The position numbers were made by a program, and so were the translations under genes. The notes beneath the pieces were generated by a model. It searched no databases and was not told the origin of the DNA. It worked only from the letters and a program-made list of their open reading frames with translations. From Kineococcus radiotolerans SRS30216 = ATCC BAA-149 (lineage in GTDB: Bacteria > Actinomycetota > Actinomycetes > Actinomycetales > Kineococcaceae), in assembly GCF_000017305.1 (NCBI RefSeq), contig NC_009664.2, forward strand, positions 2,820,001-2,852,000: a stretch of DNA of 32,000 bases, read 5' to 3'. Positions 7,949-17,731 of this stretch are shown piece after piece. How positions within the stretch are numbered: position 1 is the stretch's first letter; each line of letters opens with the position of its first letter.

Positions 7949-8863
7949 ATGACCTCCGGAACCGACCCGAACCTCTTCCTCCCCGCCGGGTCCACCGCGG
8001 CCGACGGTTTCGACCTCGTCGTGACCCCGGAGTCGGCGGGCTGGGGCTTCTCCGGCCTGCGCACGCTGACGCTGGCCCCGGGGGCCTCCCGCACCTTCCC
8101 CACCGGCGAGGACGAACTGCTCGTCCTGCCGCTCTCCGGTGCCTGCTCGGTCACGGTCGCGGGCGAGACCCTCGACCTCGCCGGACGCACCGGCGTCTTC
8201 GACGGGGTCACCGACTTCGCCTACGTCGGCCGCGACAGCGAGCTGACGATCTCCAGTGCCGCAGGCGGCGTGTTCTCGTTCCCGGGCGCACGGGCGTCAC
8301 GCCGCCTGCCCTTCCGGTACGGCCCGGCCTCGGGGGTCCCGGTGGAACTCCGCGGGGCCGGGTCGTGCAGCCGGCAGGTCAACAACTTCGCCACCCCGGC
8401 GGCCTTCGAGACCGACAAGCTCATCGCCTGCGAGGTCGTCACCCCCGGCGGGAACTGGTCCTCCTACCCCCCGCACCGCCACGACCGCACCAGCGACGTG
8501 GAGAGCGAGCTCGAGGAGATCTACTACTACGAGTTCCGCGCGCTGGCGCCGCAGGGCGTCCCGACGGTTCCCGGGGGCGTGGGCCTGCAGCAGGTCTACG
8601 GCGACGCCGAACGCCCGATCCGGGTCCTGGAGGAGGTCGGCTCCGGCGACGTCGTGCTCATCCCGCACGGCTGGCACGGACCGTCGGTCGCCTCCCCGGC
8701 CTACGACATGTACTACCTGAACGTCATGGCCGGGCCCGAGGCGGAACGGGCCTGGAAGATCTGCGACGACCCCGCCCACGGCTGGGTGCGGTCGACCTGG
8801 GAGCAGCAGGCCGTCGACCCCCGCCTGCCCTTCTACTCCACCCCCGAGCCCGACGAGCACTGA
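7949..8863 (+). CDS. iolB: 5-deoxy-glucuronate isomerase
   Basis: 304 aa cupin-type IolB pattern (GWGFSGLRTLTL..., NWSSYPPHRHD, EEIYYYEF, GWHGP). GAGGAG lies upstream of the ATG. Confidence 0.85.
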   Translation: MTSGTDPNLFLPAGSTAADGFDLVVTPESAGWGFSGLRTLTLAPGASRTFPTGEDELLVLPLSGACSVTVAGETLDLAGRTGVFDGVTDFAYVGRDSELTISSAAGGVFSFPGARASRRLPFRYGPASGVPVELRGAGSCSRQVNNFATPAAFETDKLIACEVVTPGGNWSSYPPHRHDRTSDVESELEEIYYYEFRALAPQGVPTVPGGVGLQQVYGDAERPIRVLEEVGSGDVVLIPHGWHGPSVASPAYDMYYLNVMAGPEAERAWKICDDPAHGWVRSTWEQQAVDPRLPFYSTPEPDEH

Positions 8864-8875
8864 GAGACGATCGAG

Positions 8876-10807
8876 ATGAGCGCGGTACCCCCCAACCCGG
8901 CAGTGGTGACGGTGCGGTTGACGGTCTCGCAGGCCGTCGTGCGGTTCCTGCAGGCGCAGTTCAGCGAACGCGACGGCGTGCGCCGGCCGTTCTTCGGCGG
9001 CGTGTTCGGCATCTTCGGGCACGGCAACGTGGCCGGGATCGGCCAGGCCCTCCTCGAGGCCGAGGAGGGGGCGCTCGGCGACGACTGGGAACCCCCGGCC
9101 CACCTGCGCTACATGACGGGTCGCAACGAGCAGGCGATGGTCCACGCCGCCGTCGGCTACGCCCGGCAGCAGGACCGGTTGCAGACCCTCGCGGTCACCG
9201 CGTCGGTCGGGCCGGGATCGACGAACATGCTGACCGGCGCGGCCCTGGCCACGGTCAACCGCATCCCCGTGCTGCTGCTGCCCGCCGACGTGTTCGCGAC
9301 CCGCGTCGCCTCGCCGGTGCTGCAGGAGCTGGAACAGCCCTACGGCTACGACGTCTCCGTCAACGACGCGTTCCGGCCGCTGTCGAAGTTCTTCGACCGG
9401 GTGTGGCGCCCGGAGCAGCTGCCCTCCGCGCTGCTCGGGGCGATGCGGGTCCTCACCGACCCGGCCGAGACCGGTGCGGCGACGATCTGCCTGCCCGAGG
9501 ACCTGCAGGCCGAGGCGTGGGACTTCCCCGTCGAGCTGTTCCGCGAGCGGACCTGGCGCATCGCCCGGCCCGTCCCGGAGAAGGTCGCGATCGCCGAGGC
9601 GGCCGACCTCATCCGTTCCGCGAAGGCCCCGCTCGTCGTGGCCGGCGGCGGGGTCGTGTACTCGCAGGCCACCGAGGCGCTGCGGGCGTTCGTGGAGGCC
9701 ACCGGCATCCCCGTGGGCCAGTCCCAGGCCGGCAAGGGCGCGATCCGCTACGACCACCCCCTGTCGCTGGGGGCCGTCGGTTCCACCGGCACGACGGCGG
9801 CCAACGAGATCGCCGCGGAGGCCGACGTCGTCATCGGGATCGGCACGCGGTACTCCGACTTCACCACCGGCTCGCGGACGGCGTTCCAGAACCCGGACGT
9901 GCGGTTCGTGAACGTCAACGTGGCCTCCCTCGACGCGGTCAAGCACGCCGGGCTGCCCGTGCAGGCCGACGCCCGCGAGGCCCTGGAGGCGCTCACGGAG
10001 GCCCTGGAGGGTTTCTCCACCCCCGACGCCTACCGGGAGCGCGCCGCGCGCCTGAACCGCGAGTGGGACGCCGTGGTGGACCGGTTCTTCCACTCCGGGA
10101 TCGGGGAGGCGAAGGGCCTGCTGGCGCAGGCCGAGGTCATCGGCGCCGTCGACGAGGTGGCCGGGGACCGCGACGTCGTGGTGTGCGCCGCGGGGTCGCT
10201 GCCCGGGGACCTGCACGCCATGTGGCGCAGCCGCGACCCGAAGCAGTACCACGTCGAGTACGGGTACTCCTGCATGGGCTACGAGATCCCCGGCGGGATC
10301 GGGGTGGCGCTGGCCGCCCCGGACCGGGACGTGTTCATCACCGTCGGCGACGGTTCGTTCCTCATGATGCCGACGGAACTGGTGACGGCGGTCCAGGAGG
10401 GCGTGAAGGTCATCGTCGTCCTGCTCCAGAACCACGGTTTCGCCTCCATCGGCGCGCTGTCGGAGCAGCACGGTTCTCAGCGCTACGGGACGAGGTACCG
10501 CAAGCGGTCGGAGTCCGGGCGGCTGGAGGGGGAGAAGCTGCCCGTCGACCTCGCGGCGAACGTCGAGAGCCTGGGCATCCGGACGCTGCGCGCCGGCACC
10601 CGCAAGGAGCTCGTGGCGGCCCTGCAGGACGCCAAGGCCTCTAGGGAGTCGACCTGCGTGTACGTCGAGACCGACCTGTACTCCGAGGCCCCCGACGGCG
10701 GCGGCTGGTGGGACGTCCCGGTGTCGGAGGTGTCCCACCTGGAGTCCACCCGGGCCGCGCGGACCTGGTACGAGGGCGAGAAGCGGACCCAGCGCCCGCT
10801 GCTCTGA
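8876..10807 (+). CDS. iolD: 3D-(3,5/4)-trihydroxycyclohexane-1,2-dione acylhydrolase (ThDP-dependent)
   Basis: 643 aa with ThDP-enzyme architecture. The ThDP-binding motif is GDGSFLMM...N, and the N-terminal RLTVSQAVVRFLQAQ is typical of IolD. Confidence 0.9.
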   Translation: MSAVPPNPAVVTVRLTVSQAVVRFLQAQFSERDGVRRPFFGGVFGIFGHGNVAGIGQALLEAEEGALGDDWEPPAHLRYMTGRNEQAMVHAAVGYARQQDRLQTLAVTASVGPGSTNMLTGAALATVNRIPVLLLPADVFATRVASPVLQELEQPYGYDVSVNDAFRPLSKFFDRVWRPEQLPSALLGAMRVLTDPAETGAATICLPEDLQAEAWDFPVELFRERTWRIARPVPEKVAIAEAADLIRSAKAPLVVAGGGVVYSQATEALRAFVEATGIPVGQSQAGKGAIRYDHPLSLGAVGSTGTTAANEIAAEADVVIGIGTRYSDFTTGSRTAFQNPDVRFVNVNVASLDAVKHAGLPVQADAREALEALTEALEGFSTPDAYRERAARLNREWDAVVDRFFHSGIGEAKGLLAQAEVIGAVDEVAGDRDVVVCAAGSLPGDLHAMWRSRDPKQYHVEYGYSCMGYEIPGGIGVALAAPDRDVFITVGDGSFLMMPTELVTAVQEGVKVIVVLLQNHGFASIGALSEQHGSQRYGTRYRKRSESGRLEGEKLPVDLAANVESLGIRTLRAGTRKELVAALQDAKASRESTCVYVETDLYSEAPDGGGWWDVPVSEVSHLESTRAARTWYEGEKRTQRPLL

Positions 10808-10877
10808 CGGGCCGGTCCGCCGGGAAGCGGTTTCCGAGCGGGCCCGTCCGCACCGGTCCCCGCGGGGTCCGGCGCGC

Positions 10878-10901
10878 CCTCTCCGTGAGGTGCGGGAGAG
10901 G
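10878..10901 (+). terminator. Hairpin after iolD followed by the only A/T-rich stretch of the region (terminator candidate)
   Basis: CCTCTCC (10878-10884) pairs with GGAGAGG (10895-10901) across a 10-nt loop, followed by TAAGTATGTAA. Confidence 0.3.
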
Positions 10902-10913
10902 TAAGTATGTAAC

Positions 10914-10952
10914 GACAATCGCTTGACAGTGCGCGCTCCGGCGCGCCACAGT
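10914..10952 (+). promoter_or_regulatory. Candidate promoter/operator of the iolE-ABC-iolG-iolH operon
   Basis: GACAA-TCG-CTTGACAG (10914-10929) closely resembles GACAA-AG-CTTGACAG at 5960-5974. TTGACA (10923-10928), an 18-nt spacer, then CACAGT (10947-10952). Confidence 0.35.
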
Positions 10953-11010
10953 TCCCTCGTCGTCCTCCGCGTCCGGAGGACGGCGCACGACGACGTGGAG
11001 GACGTTCCCC

Positions 11011-11904
11011 ATGGGCATCACCATCGGCTCCGCCCCCGACTCCTGGGGCGTCTGGTTCGCCGACGACCCGCTGCAGACCCCGGCGTCCCGCTTCCTCGAC
11101 GAGGTGGCCGAGGCGGGGTACGAGTGGATCGAGCTCGGCCCCTACGGCTACCTGCCCACCGACGCCGCGGAACTCTCCGACGAGCTCGCGAAGCGCGACC
11201 TCAAGGTCTCGGCCGGCACCATCTTCGCCGCCCTGCACCGCCCCGACCACTACGACGAGGCCTGGGCCCAGGTCGAGCTCGTCGCGGACCTCACCCGGGC
11301 CGTGGGCGGCACCCACCTCGTGGTGATCCCCGGCCAGTGGCGCAGCGACAAGACCGGCGAGGCGCTGGAGCCCCGCGAGCTGGACGAGGCCGGCTGGCAG
11401 CGGCTGGCCTCGGGCATGGACCGCCTCGGCGCCGACGTGAAGGAGCGCTACGGCCTGCAGATGGCCTTCCACTCCCACGCCGACACCCACGTCGACACCC
11501 AGGACCAGATCGAGCGCTTCCTGGAGATGACCGACCCCGAGGTCGTGAAGCTGTGCCTGGACACCGGCCACGTCAGCTTCTCCGGGGGGGACAACCTGGA
11601 GATCATCCGCAGGCACCCCGACCGGATCGCCTACGCCCACCTCAAGCAGGTCGACCCGCAGGTGGTCGCCAAGGTCAAGGCCGAGGACCTCGGCTTCGGC
11701 GACGCGGTGAAGCTCGGCGCCATGGTCGAGCCCCCGCAGGGGGTACCGGACATGCCGCCGGTGCTGGCCGCCCTGGAAGATCTGGGGCGTGACATCTTCG
11801 CCATCGTCGAGCAGGACCTCTACCCGGTCGCCTTCGACGTCCCCCTGCCCATCGCCCGCCGGACCTGCTCCTACCTCCGCTCCTGCCGCCTCCCGCGGGC
11901 CTGA
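11011..11904 (+). CDS. iolE: Xylose-isomerase-like TIM-barrel protein, probable inosose (2-keto-myo-inositol) dehydratase
   Basis: 297 aa. YGLQMAFHSHADTHVDTQDQIERFLEMTDPEVVKLCLDTGHVSF and AIVEQDLYP resemble the IolE core as I recall it. GGAGGA lies 8 nt upstream of the ATG. Supported by iol context. Confidence 0.65.
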   Translation: MGITIGSAPDSWGVWFADDPLQTPASRFLDEVAEAGYEWIELGPYGYLPTDAAELSDELAKRDLKVSAGTIFAALHRPDHYDEAWAQVELVADLTRAVGGTHLVVIPGQWRSDKTGEALEPRELDEAGWQRLASGMDRLGADVKERYGLQMAFHSHADTHVDTQDQIERFLEMTDPEVVKLCLDTGHVSFSGGDNLEIIRRHPDRIAYAHLKQVDPQVVAKVKAEDLGFGDAVKLGAMVEPPQGVPDMPPVLAALEDLGRDIFAIVEQDLYPVAFDVPLPIARRTCSYLRSCRLPRA

Positions 11905-12040
11905 CCCCGCCGCGACCGGCCCCGCGGGGGCCGATCGCCCCCGCACCACCCGCACCGCCGCAGGACCGCACCACCCCGTTGAGGAACAGCGGGTTCGGCT
12001 CGACCGGGCGAGGAACGCCCGAGGAGAAGGGACCGGATCG

Positions 12041-13042
12041 ATGAGGATTCGCTCGCGCAGGACCACCGTCGCCGCGCTCGTGGCGGTCGCCGCCCTCACG
12101 GTGGGCGGGTGCAGCTCGTCCGGCGGCAAGGCCGAGGACACCGCCGACGGAGGTGCCGCCGCCGGTGTCGCCGACACCCCCCGGATGAAGATCGCCATGG
12201 TGACCCACGCGGCCCCCGGCGACACCTTCTGGGACATCGTCCGCTCCGGCGCCGAGGCCGCCGCGGCCAAGGACAACGTCGACCTCAACTTCCAGGGGGC
12301 CCCGGAGGCCGCGGACCAGGTCAACCTCGTCCAGAGCGCCATCGACTCGAAGGTGGACGGCATCGCCGTCACCTTGGCCAAGGCCGACGCGCTGGCCCCC
12401 AGCGTGCAGGCGGCCACCGCCGCGGGCATCCCCGTCGTCGCCTTCAACGGCGGCTTCGAGGAGTGGAAGACCGCCGGTGCCATGGGTTACTTCGGCCAGG
12501 ACGAGGAGCTGGCCGGTGTCGCCGCGGGTGAGCGGCTGAGCAGCGAGGGCGCCAAGAAGACCCTCTGCGTCATCCAGGAGCAGGGCCACGTCGGGCTGGA
12601 GGCCCGCTGCGCCGGGGTCGCCCAGGGCCTGTCCGGCGGCACCACCGAGAACCTCTACGTCACCGGGACCGACATGCCCTCGGTGCAGCAGACCATCACC
12701 TCCAAGCTGCAGCAGGACCCCGCCGTCGACCACGTCGTCACCCTCGGCGCGCCGTTCGCCCTCACCGCGGTCAAGGCCGTGGCCGACGCGGGCAGCAGCG
12801 CCGAGGTCGCCACCTTCGACACCAACAAGGAGCTCATGGGCTCCATCCAGAGCGGCGACGTGAAGTGGGCCATCGACCAGCAGCCCTACCTGCAGGGTTA
12901 CCTCGCGGTGGACTCGCTGTGGCTGTACAAGACCAACGGCAACACCATCGGCGGTGGCCAGGCCACGTTGACCGGCCCGGCGTTCATCGACTCCACCAAC
13001 GTGGACCGCGTCGCCGACTTCGCGGCCAACGGAACCCGGTGA
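12041..13042 (+). CDS. ABC transporter periplasmic sugar-binding lipoprotein (RbsB/CUT2-type)
   Basis: Signal peptide plus lipobox (AALVAVAALTVGGC), then a Peripla_BP pattern (KIAMVTHAAPGDTFWDIVRSGAEAAA...VDGIAVT...IPVVAFN). The ATG at 12041 follows GAGGAGAAGG. Confidence 0.85.
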   Translation: MRIRSRRTTVAALVAVAALTVGGCSSSGGKAEDTADGGAAAGVADTPRMKIAMVTHAAPGDTFWDIVRSGAEAAAAKDNVDLNFQGAPEAADQVNLVQSAIDSKVDGIAVTLAKADALAPSVQAATAAGIPVVAFNGGFEEWKTAGAMGYFGQDEELAGVAAGERLSSEGAKKTLCVIQEQGHVGLEARCAGVAQGLSGGTTENLYVTGTDMPSVQQTITSKLQQDPAVDHVVTLGAPFALTAVKAVADAGSSAEVATFDTNKELMGSIQSGDVKWAIDQQPYLQGYLAVDSLWLYKTNGNTIGGGQATLTGPAFIDSTNVDRVADFAANGTR

Positions 13043-13049
13043 CGCACCC

Positions 13050-14111
13050 GTGAGCACCTCCGTCAGCACGTCGAAGGTCCCGCCCGCGGTGCGGGCCAAG
13101 GACGACCGGGTCGCGACCCGCTCGCTGCTCTCGCGGCTGCTGTCCAGGCCCGAGATCGGCTCCCTCATCGGCGCGGTCGCCGTGTTCGTCCTCTTCTGCG
13201 TGGTGGCCCCCACCTTCCGCACCGCTCCCTCGCTGGCGACGGTCGCCTACTCCGCCTCCACGATCGGCATCATGGCCGTGGCGGTGGCCCTGCTGATGAT
13301 CGGCGGGGAGTTCGACCTCTCCGCCGGCGTGGTCGTCACCACGACGGCGCTGGCCGCCTCCACGTTCGCCTACCAGCTGGGACTGAACCTCTGGGTCGGG
13401 GTCCTCGCAGCGCTGGTGCTGGCCCTGGGGATCGGCGCCTTCAACGGCTGGCTGCTCATGCGGACGGGGCTGCCGAGCTTCCTCATCACCCTCGGCACGT
13501 TCTTCATGCTCCAGGGCCTCAACCTCGGCGTCACCAAGCTGCTCACCGGCGGGGTGTCCTCGGACTCGGTGGCCGACATGGACGGCTTCGCCTCCGCCCA
13601 GGCGGTGTTCGCCTCCACGATCGACGTCGGCGGGATCGGCATCAAGATCACCGTCCTGTGGTGGATCCTCTTCGTGGCCATCGCCACCTGGACGCTGCTG
13701 CGCACCCGCGTCGGGAACTGGATCTTCGCCGTCGGCGGCGACGACAAGGCCGCCCGCGCGGTCGGGGTCCCGGTGCGGAGGACGAAGATCGGGCTGTTCA
13801 TGACCGTCGGCTTCGCCGGCTGGTTCGTGGGCATGCACCAGCTCTTCAGCTTCGACTCCATCCAGTCCGGCGGCGGCGTCGGCCAGGAGTTCATCTACAT
13901 CATCGCCGCCGTCGTCGGGGGGTGCCTGCTCACCGGCGGGTACGGCTCGGCGGTCGGCTCGGCCATCGGGGCGCTCATCTTCGGCATGACCAGCCTGGGC
14001 ATCGTCTACGCCGGCTGGGACGCGAACTGGTTCAAGCTGTTCCTCGGCGTGATGCTCCTGCTGGCCACGATCGTCAACCTGGTCGTCAAGAACCAGGCCG
14101 CGAAGAGGTGA
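13050..14111 (+). CDS. Sugar ABC transporter permease (RbsC/AraH-type)
   Basis: 353 aa with about 9-10 hydrophobic segments. The typical motif IFAVGGDDKAARAVGVPVRRTKIGLF is present. Confidence 0.85.
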   Translation: MSTSVSTSKVPPAVRAKDDRVATRSLLSRLLSRPEIGSLIGAVAVFVLFCVVAPTFRTAPSLATVAYSASTIGIMAVAVALLMIGGEFDLSAGVVVTTTALAASTFAYQLGLNLWVGVLAALVLALGIGAFNGWLLMRTGLPSFLITLGTFFMLQGLNLGVTKLLTGGVSSDSVADMDGFASAQAVFASTIDVGGIGIKITVLWWILFVAIATWTLLRTRVGNWIFAVGGDDKAARAVGVPVRRTKIGLFMTVGFAGWFVGMHQLFSFDSIQSGGGVGQEFIYIIAAVVGGCLLTGGYGSAVGSAIGALIFGMTSLGIVYAGWDANWFKLFLGVMLLLATIVNLVVKNQAAKR

Positions 14112-14118
14112 GGACCCG

Positions 14119-14967
<849 letters not shown>

Positions 14968-14991
14968 CCCCTCCAGCAGCACACCCGACGA

Positions 14992-15013
14992 CCCCCGGCG
15001 GCCCCGCCGGGGG
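14992..15013 (+). other. Intercistronic GC hairpin between the ABC ATPase gene and iolG
   Basis: CCCCCGGCG (14992-15000), loop GCCC, CGCCGGGGG (15005-15013): a perfect 9-bp stem with no U-tract. It could be an attenuator or an mRNA-stability element. Confidence 0.3.
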
Positions 15014-15037
15014 AGACGACACCCGAGGACGGACCGC

Positions 15038-16084
15038 ATGAGCACGGCGACGCAGACGACCGACCGCACCGCGCGTCAGGGGTACGACCGCGATGTGCGC
15101 GTCGCCGTGCTCGGCGTCGGCATGATGGGCCAGGACCACGCCCGCCGCCTCGCCACCCTGACCAAGGGCGCCCAGCTCGTCGCGGTCAGCGACGTGGACG
15201 CCGCCCGCACCGACGCGGTCGCCGCCGAGCTCGGCGTCCGCGCCGTGCACGACCCGGCCGCGGCCATCGCCGACCCCGAGGTGGACGCCGTCGTCATCGC
15301 GACGCCCGGGTTCACCCACGAGGGTCTGGTGCTGGAGGCCATCGCCGCGGGCAAGCCCACCCTGTGCGAGAAACCCCTCACCACCTCCCCGGAGACCGCC
15401 CGCGCGGTCGTCGAGGCCGAGCGCGCCCTGGGCCGCCCCCTCGTGCAGGTGGGGTTCATGCGCCGCTTCGACGCCGAGTACGAGCAGCTGCGCGCGCTCG
15501 TCGCCTCGCGCGAGCTGGGCCGGCCGCTGTTCCTGCACTGCGTGCACCGCAACGCCACGACCCCGCCGAACTTCAACTCCGAGATGCTCATCCTCGACTC
15601 CGTCGTCCACGAGGTCGACATCGCCCGCTTCCTGCTGGGCGAGGAGATCACCGCGATCACGGTGCTCACCCCGGGCCGCACCGCCCACGCCCCCGAGGGC
15701 CTGCAGGACCCGCAGTTCGTGCTCATGGAGACCGCGAGCGGCACCCTCGTCGACGTCGAGATCTTCGTGAACACCACCTTCGGCTACGAGGTCCGCACCG
15801 AGCTGGTCGCCGAGCGCGGCAGCGCGATGACCGGCCTGGGCGTCGGGCTGGTCCAGCACTCCGCCGCCGGGTGGGGAGGGCGGATCGCGGCCGACTTCAA
15901 GCAGCGCTTCGGCGCCGCCTACGACACCGAGTTCCAGCGCTGGGTGGACGCCGTCCGCAGCGGCGCCGGCGTCGACGGGCCCGGGGTGTGGGACGGGTAC
16001 GCCGCGGCCGCCGTCTGCGCCGCCGGCGTGCAGTCCCTGCGCACCGGCCGCCGCGTCGAGGTCGACCTCGGCGCCCGGTCCTGA
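15038..16084 (+). CDS. iolG: Gfo/Idh/MocA-family oxidoreductase, probable myo-inositol 2-dehydrogenase
   Basis: Rossmann N-terminus [17 protein letters not shown], the CEKPL motif and a GFMRRFD segment are present. Supported by iol context. Confidence 0.8.
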
Positions 16085-16096
16085 GGAGGCCCGCGG

Positions 16097-16951
16097 ATGC
16101 AGATCGCCCTGGACCCCTACATGTTCCGCGACGTCCCGCTGCTGCAGCTGCCGGGAGTGGTTGCCGACCTCGGCTACGAGTGGATCGAGCTCTCCCCGCG
16201 CGAGGACTTCATCCCCTTCTTCCGCCACCCCCGCGTCGACCTGGCCGGGGTGCGGGCCTTCCGCAAGGCGCTGGAGGCCGCCGGGGTGGGCGTGTGCTCC
16301 ACCCAGTTCGTGCAGCGCTGGTCCGGTCCCGGTGAGGACGAGCGCCGGCAGGCGGTGCGCAACGTCAAGCGCATCGTCGAGGTGAGCACGGAGCTCGGCG
16401 TCCCCGTCCTGCAGTCGGAGTTCAACGGCCGCCCCGAGCTGCCGGAGGCCAGCGAGGCCCGCTTCTTCGACTCCTTCGAGGAGCTCGCCCCGGTCTTCGA
16501 GTCCGCCGGCGTCGAGCTGCGCCTGGAACCGCACCCCGACGACTTCGTCGAGGACGGTTTCCGCGCCGTCGACCTCGTGCGCGGCCTCGACCGGCCCTGG
16601 CTGGGGTTCGTCTACTGCACCCCGCACACCTTCCACCAGGGCGGGGACGGACCGGGGATCGTGCGCTACGCCGGCGACCTGGTCCGCCACGTGCACGTGG
16701 CGGACTCCTTCGACCCCCGCGGTTCCTCCGGCCTGCGCTACATCGTCAACCCCCCCGGTTCCACCGCCCGCGTCCACCAGCACCTCGACGTCGGCGAGGG
16801 CGAGGTCGACGTCGACGGCATCTTCGCGGCCCTGGGCGAGGTCGGCTTCGACGGCGCGGTGTGCTCCAGCGTGTTCGCCTGGGAGGAGCGGCGCGAGGAG
16901 TCCAGCCGCTTCATGCGCGCGAGGATCCAGGAACTCGTCGACCGCTGGTGA
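16097..16951 (+). CDS. iolH: Sugar phosphate isomerase/epimerase (TIM barrel), IolH-like
   Basis: The segments ALDPYMFRD...LGYEWIELSPREDFIPFFRHPRVD, GLRYIVNPPG and HQHLDVGEGEVD match the IolH pattern as I recall it. GAGGAGG lies upstream of the ATG. Confidence 0.7.
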   Translation: MQIALDPYMFRDVPLLQLPGVVADLGYEWIELSPREDFIPFFRHPRVDLAGVRAFRKALEAAGVGVCSTQFVQRWSGPGEDERRQAVRNVKRIVEVSTELGVPVLQSEFNGRPELPEASEARFFDSFEELAPVFESAGVELRLEPHPDDFVEDGFRAVDLVRGLDRPWLGFVYCTPHTFHQGGDGPGIVRYAGDLVRHVHVADSFDPRGSSGLRYIVNPPGSTARVHQHLDVGEGEVDVDGIFAALGEVGFDGAVCSSVFAWEERREESSRFMRARIQELVDRW

Positions 16952-17696
16952 CCCGGGGCTCGCGGGTCAGCCACCGGCCGAACGTCAGCTCCCCCCGGTC
17001 GGCGTCGGGATCGGGCAGCAGCGTCCCGTCGCGCAGCGCGCGGCCGAACCCGCCGGGCAGGGGCAGGGCGAGGACGAGGCCGCGGTGCCCGGTGGCCCGG
17101 GCCCAGGAACGGGCCGCGTCGGCCATCGCCAGCACCTCCGGCCCGGCCAGGTCGCGCACCCGGCCCGCGGGCCCCCGCTCGGCCAGGGCCACCAGCCGCT
17201 GCGCGACCTCGCGCGCCGCGACGGGCTGCGACCTCATCACCGGGACCAGGTGCACCGGCCCGAACGCGGCCCGGCCGTGCAGCTGCCCGGCGAACTCGTG
17301 GAACTGGGTGGTGCGCAGCAGCGTCCACGGGACCCGCCCGCCGGCGACCTGCTCCTCCTGGGCGGCCTTGCCCGCGTAGTAGCCGTGCGGGGCCCGGTCG
17401 ACGCCGACGATGGACAGCGCGAGGTGGTGACCGACCCCGGCGTCCTCCTCGGCCGCGAGGAGGTTCCCCGTCACGGCGGTGAAGAACTCCCGCGCCACCC
17501 GCGCTGAGCCCGTCCCCACCGACGTGACGTCCACGACGGCGTCCACCCCGGCGAGGGCCCCGCCCAGCCCGGTCCCGGCGACGAGGTCGACCCCGGTGGA
17601 GCGGGCGAGGACGACGGCCTCGTGGCCGTGCTCGCGGGCGACGTCCACGACGTGCTGCCCGACGGTGCCGGTTCCCCCGGCGATCGCGATGCGCAT
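16911..17696 (-). CDS. NAD(P)H-binding NmrA/atypical-SDR (epimerase-like) protein
   Basis: The N-terminal MRIAIAGGTGTVGQHVV is a Rossmann GxxGxxG motif. 261 aa. It is divergent from the ECF41 sigma gene, and its 3' end overlaps iolH by 41 nt (convergent). Confidence 0.8.
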   Translation of the reverse strand: MRIAIAGGTGTVGQHVVDVAREHGHEAVVLARSTGVDLVAGTGLGGALAGVDAVVDVTSVGTGSARVAREFFTAVTGNLLAAEEDAGVGHHLALSIVGVDRAPHGYYAGKAAQEEQVAGGRVPWTLLRTTQFHEFAGQLHGRAAFGPVHLVPVMRSQPVAAREVAQRLVALAERGPAGRVRDLAGPEVLAMADAARSWARATGHRGLVLALPLPGGFGRALRDGTLLPDPDADRGELTFGRWLTREPRVTSGRRVPGSSRA

Positions 17697-17731
17697 GCCC
17701 CTCCGACGACGCAGCGGCCCCGGACGTCAGG

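Noticed and set aside
11918-11932. GGCCCC-GCG-GGGGCC stem after iolE as a terminator separating iolE from the ABC genes.
   Set aside because: The stem is only 6 bp with a 3-nt loop and no U-tract. The 136-nt gap has no promoter-like element, so co-transcription seems more likely.
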